Of a DNA stretch of 64,000 nt, positions 62,299 to 64,000 are shown piece by piece (position 1 is the first letter of the stretch; every line of letters starts with the position of its first letter). The stretch is from an uncultured delta proteobacterium (GTDB lineage Bacteria > Desulfobacterota > Desulfobacteria > Desulfobacterales > JAHEIW01): contig CAVPNL010000009.1 in NCBI GenBank assembly GCA_963706575.1, positions 1 to 64,000 of the forward strand, read 5' to 3'. A program made the position numbers and the translations under genes. The notes under the pieces were generated by a model, which was given only the letters and a program-made list of their open reading frames with translations, did no database searches and had not been told where the DNA came from.

Positions 62299-62461
62299 TT
62301 GTTAAGAGATTTTTAAAAAAATGCTTTTCTTCACCTCATTTATCATTTAAAGCTTAAATATCCCACCCAGGCCAAAAATATTTAAAGAAAAACCGATGAT
62401 TTGCCGATACTAGTAGAGAATTAAAAGCCAAGAGAATTTTTCGATATTCGAAAAACATCAG

Positions 62462-62752
62462 GTGGTATTTATGATAAATGATCACATCGTGCAGCGCAGA
62501 AGCGGCGAGGATCGCCGCAAAAAATCCGACCGGCGCAGCGGGTTTGACCGGCGCAACGGGGTCTATCCCAATGGATTCGATGAAAACGGCCAGGAGATCG
62601 TTTATACCACCAAAGAGGCCTGTGAATACCTAAAGATTTCGCGGCCCACCTACCTTAAATACATTGCCGAAGGCCGCATCAAAGCCATCAAAGTCGGCCG
62701 CGGCTGGCGCACCCTGAAAACCGAGCTGGATCGGTTTTTAAGGGGAGATTAA
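62462..62752 (+). CDS. Excisionase-type (HTH_17/MerR-like) DNA-binding protein with an N-terminal tandem DRR repeat
   Basis: QRRSGEDRRKKSDRRSGFDRR followed by YTTKEACEYLKISRPT...GRIKAIKVGRGWR. Confidence 0.85.
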   Translation: MVFMINDHIVQRRSGEDRRKKSDRRSGFDRRNGVYPNGFDENGQEIVYTTKEACEYLKISRPTYLKYIAEGRIKAIKVGRGWRTLKTELDRFLRGD

Positions 62753-62779
62753 ACCACTAGTCCTTTGTTCCTTTGTTCC

Positions 62780-63184
62780 TTATTTCATAAAGCCGCTACC
62801 GCCTGAAATATCACTTTCCTGTACCTTTCTGACGATACCGTTTTTTTCAAAATAAACATACAGGTTACAATTTTTTTTATCTATTTGGACCAGACCCGAA
62901 CCGCCCTTGTCTCTGCTTTCTGTCTTAAAACCAGACCCGGTGGGCATTGTGACTTGATAGGAATACTTCCATAATTCGCCCTGCTTTAAAGCTCCTTCGA
63001 CCTTGTCGGGTTCGCCGATGAGTTGTTTGACATCTTCTTTGGTTGACTCCCCCTTTTTAATCTGGCCAATAATCTCTGGATCACATACATCGGCGTTACC
63101 TCGGCTTGAGCCACTAAAACCGGGCAAAGCGATTGCGATTATAAACAGAAAAACTGTCAGGCTGGTTGTATATTTAAAATTCAT
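62780..63184 (-). CDS. Exported SmpA/BamE/OsmE-like domain protein
   Basis: Signal peptide, then IKKGESTKEDVKQLIGEP...WKY...VYFEKNGIV. Confidence 0.65.
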   Translation of the reverse strand: MNFKYTTSLTVFLFIIAIALPGFSGSSRGNADVCDPEIIGQIKKGESTKEDVKQLIGEPDKVEGALKQGELWKYSYQVTMPTGSGFKTESRDKGGSGLVQIDKKNCNLYVYFEKNGIVRKVQESDISGGSGFMK

Positions 63185-63369
63185 AGTTTATCCTCCTTCC
63201 GAATGAATGGTGAAGTGTGCATATACTGAGGCGATCCTTTTTCTATTTCAAAACATAATCTCATAAGTTTGATTGACAACCCCTACGCCGAAAACGGCGC
63301 TAACAGGCTTCATTAAAATACTTGACTTTTCGAGCGATACCCGTGACATAGAACCAACCGGAGATTAAA

Positions 63370-64000
63370 ATGAAAAAAATAAAACTGCCGACCATGGATT
63401 GCAAACAGGTCTGCGGGGAAATCTGTGATTTTGTCATCAAAGCGGTGTTGGAGACCGCTTCCAGCGGGTGCGTCATCGGATTATCGGGTGGCGTGGATTC
63501 AAGCACGGCAGCAGCGTTGATCAAAACAGGCTTTGATCACTATAATGCCGGACTTGTAAAGGGGGATCAGGCGTTTGAGCTGGTCGGCTATATTTTACCT
63601 TCGCGTTTCAACCCGACCCAAGACGAAGTCGACGCCGAAGCTGTCGCTGGATATCTGGGCATCCGCTACGAAATCCATCATATTGAAAACCTGGTGGAAT
63701 CTTTCCAATTAACCAATCCAGAGGCGCTTGAAAGCAAATTCCATAAAGGCAATATGATTTCCAGAATCCGGGCCAACGTCCTGTCAACCAAAGCAGCGAC
63801 GGAGAATAAAATTTTAGCGGGCACCGGCAACCGGGATGAAGATTTCGGTATCGGTTATTATACCCTTTTCGGGGACGGAGCCGTACATCTCAGCCCCATC
63901 GCCGGTTTGCCCAAGCGGCTCGTGCGTGAAATGGCCGCCTTTTTGGGTCTGGATAAAAAAATCATCCACCGCGAACCAACTGCCGGATTGGAACCGGACC
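63370..64000 (+). CDS. nadE: NH3-dependent NAD+ synthetase, runs off the window
   Basis: Manual translation gives IGLSGGVDS, GNMISRIR, GTGNRDE, GYYTLFGDG and PTAGLE. Confidence 0.93.
   Translation, partial: MKKIKLPTMDCKQVCGEICDFVIKAVLETASSGCVIGLSGGVDSSTAAALIKTGFDHYNAGLVKGDQAFELVGYILPSRFNPTQDEVDAEAVAGYLGIRYEIHHIENLVESFQLTNPEALESKFHKGNMISRIRANVLSTKAATENKILAGTGNRDEDFGIGYYTLFGDGAVHLSPIAGLPKRLVREMAAFLGLDKKIIHREPTAGLEPD

Noticed and set aside
62000..62300. Direct-repeat arrays as CRISPR or oriC
   Set aside because: Units are 10 bp with no unique spacers and no cas genes. I found no cluster of TTATCCACA DnaA boxes.
62462..62752. Excisionase as a sign of a prophage or ICE
   Set aside because: No integrase, att-site tRNA or phage genes nearby.

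Overview
The window has two unrelated parts. Bases 1 to about 9430 are compact eukaryotic DNA with short GT-AG introns, probably from a diatom or other stramenopile (inference). They encode a pyruvate dehydrogenase kinase-family protein, aminoacylase-1, a TBC1D20/Gyp8-like RabGAP and three hypothetical proteins. From about 9430 to the end the sequence is a deltaproteobacterial chromosome, Desulfobacterales-like by inference. It carries PAS hybrid kinases, a hydrolase-cyclase fusion, an amidase, a BMP-type ABC transporter, oadG/oadB, two parS sites beside mnmE-jag-yidC-yidD-rnpA-rpmH, rng, a radical SAM protein, a Do protease, tctCBA, two Zn dehydrogenases, asnS, an alpha-2-macroglobulin and nadE. 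Single-base frameshifts cluster in the eukaryotic part and just after the junction, so a chimeric or noisy assembly is the simplest explanation. The best candidates for something new are: (1) a coupled gene pair, wHTH/dead-nucleotidyltransferase/helical fusion plus DUF6036-like NTase, behind three 20-bp-spaced palindromic operators; (2) an excisionase-type HTH with a tandem DRR arginine repeat behind two 10-bp-period TTTTAC arrays; (3) dispersed palindromes built from short tandem repeats, one next to a degenerate GxxExxY gene; (4) a c-di-GMP-I riboswitch with terminator ahead of an orphan flagellar-hook-IN-repeat protein. All family calls come from motif recognition by eye; no searches were run.
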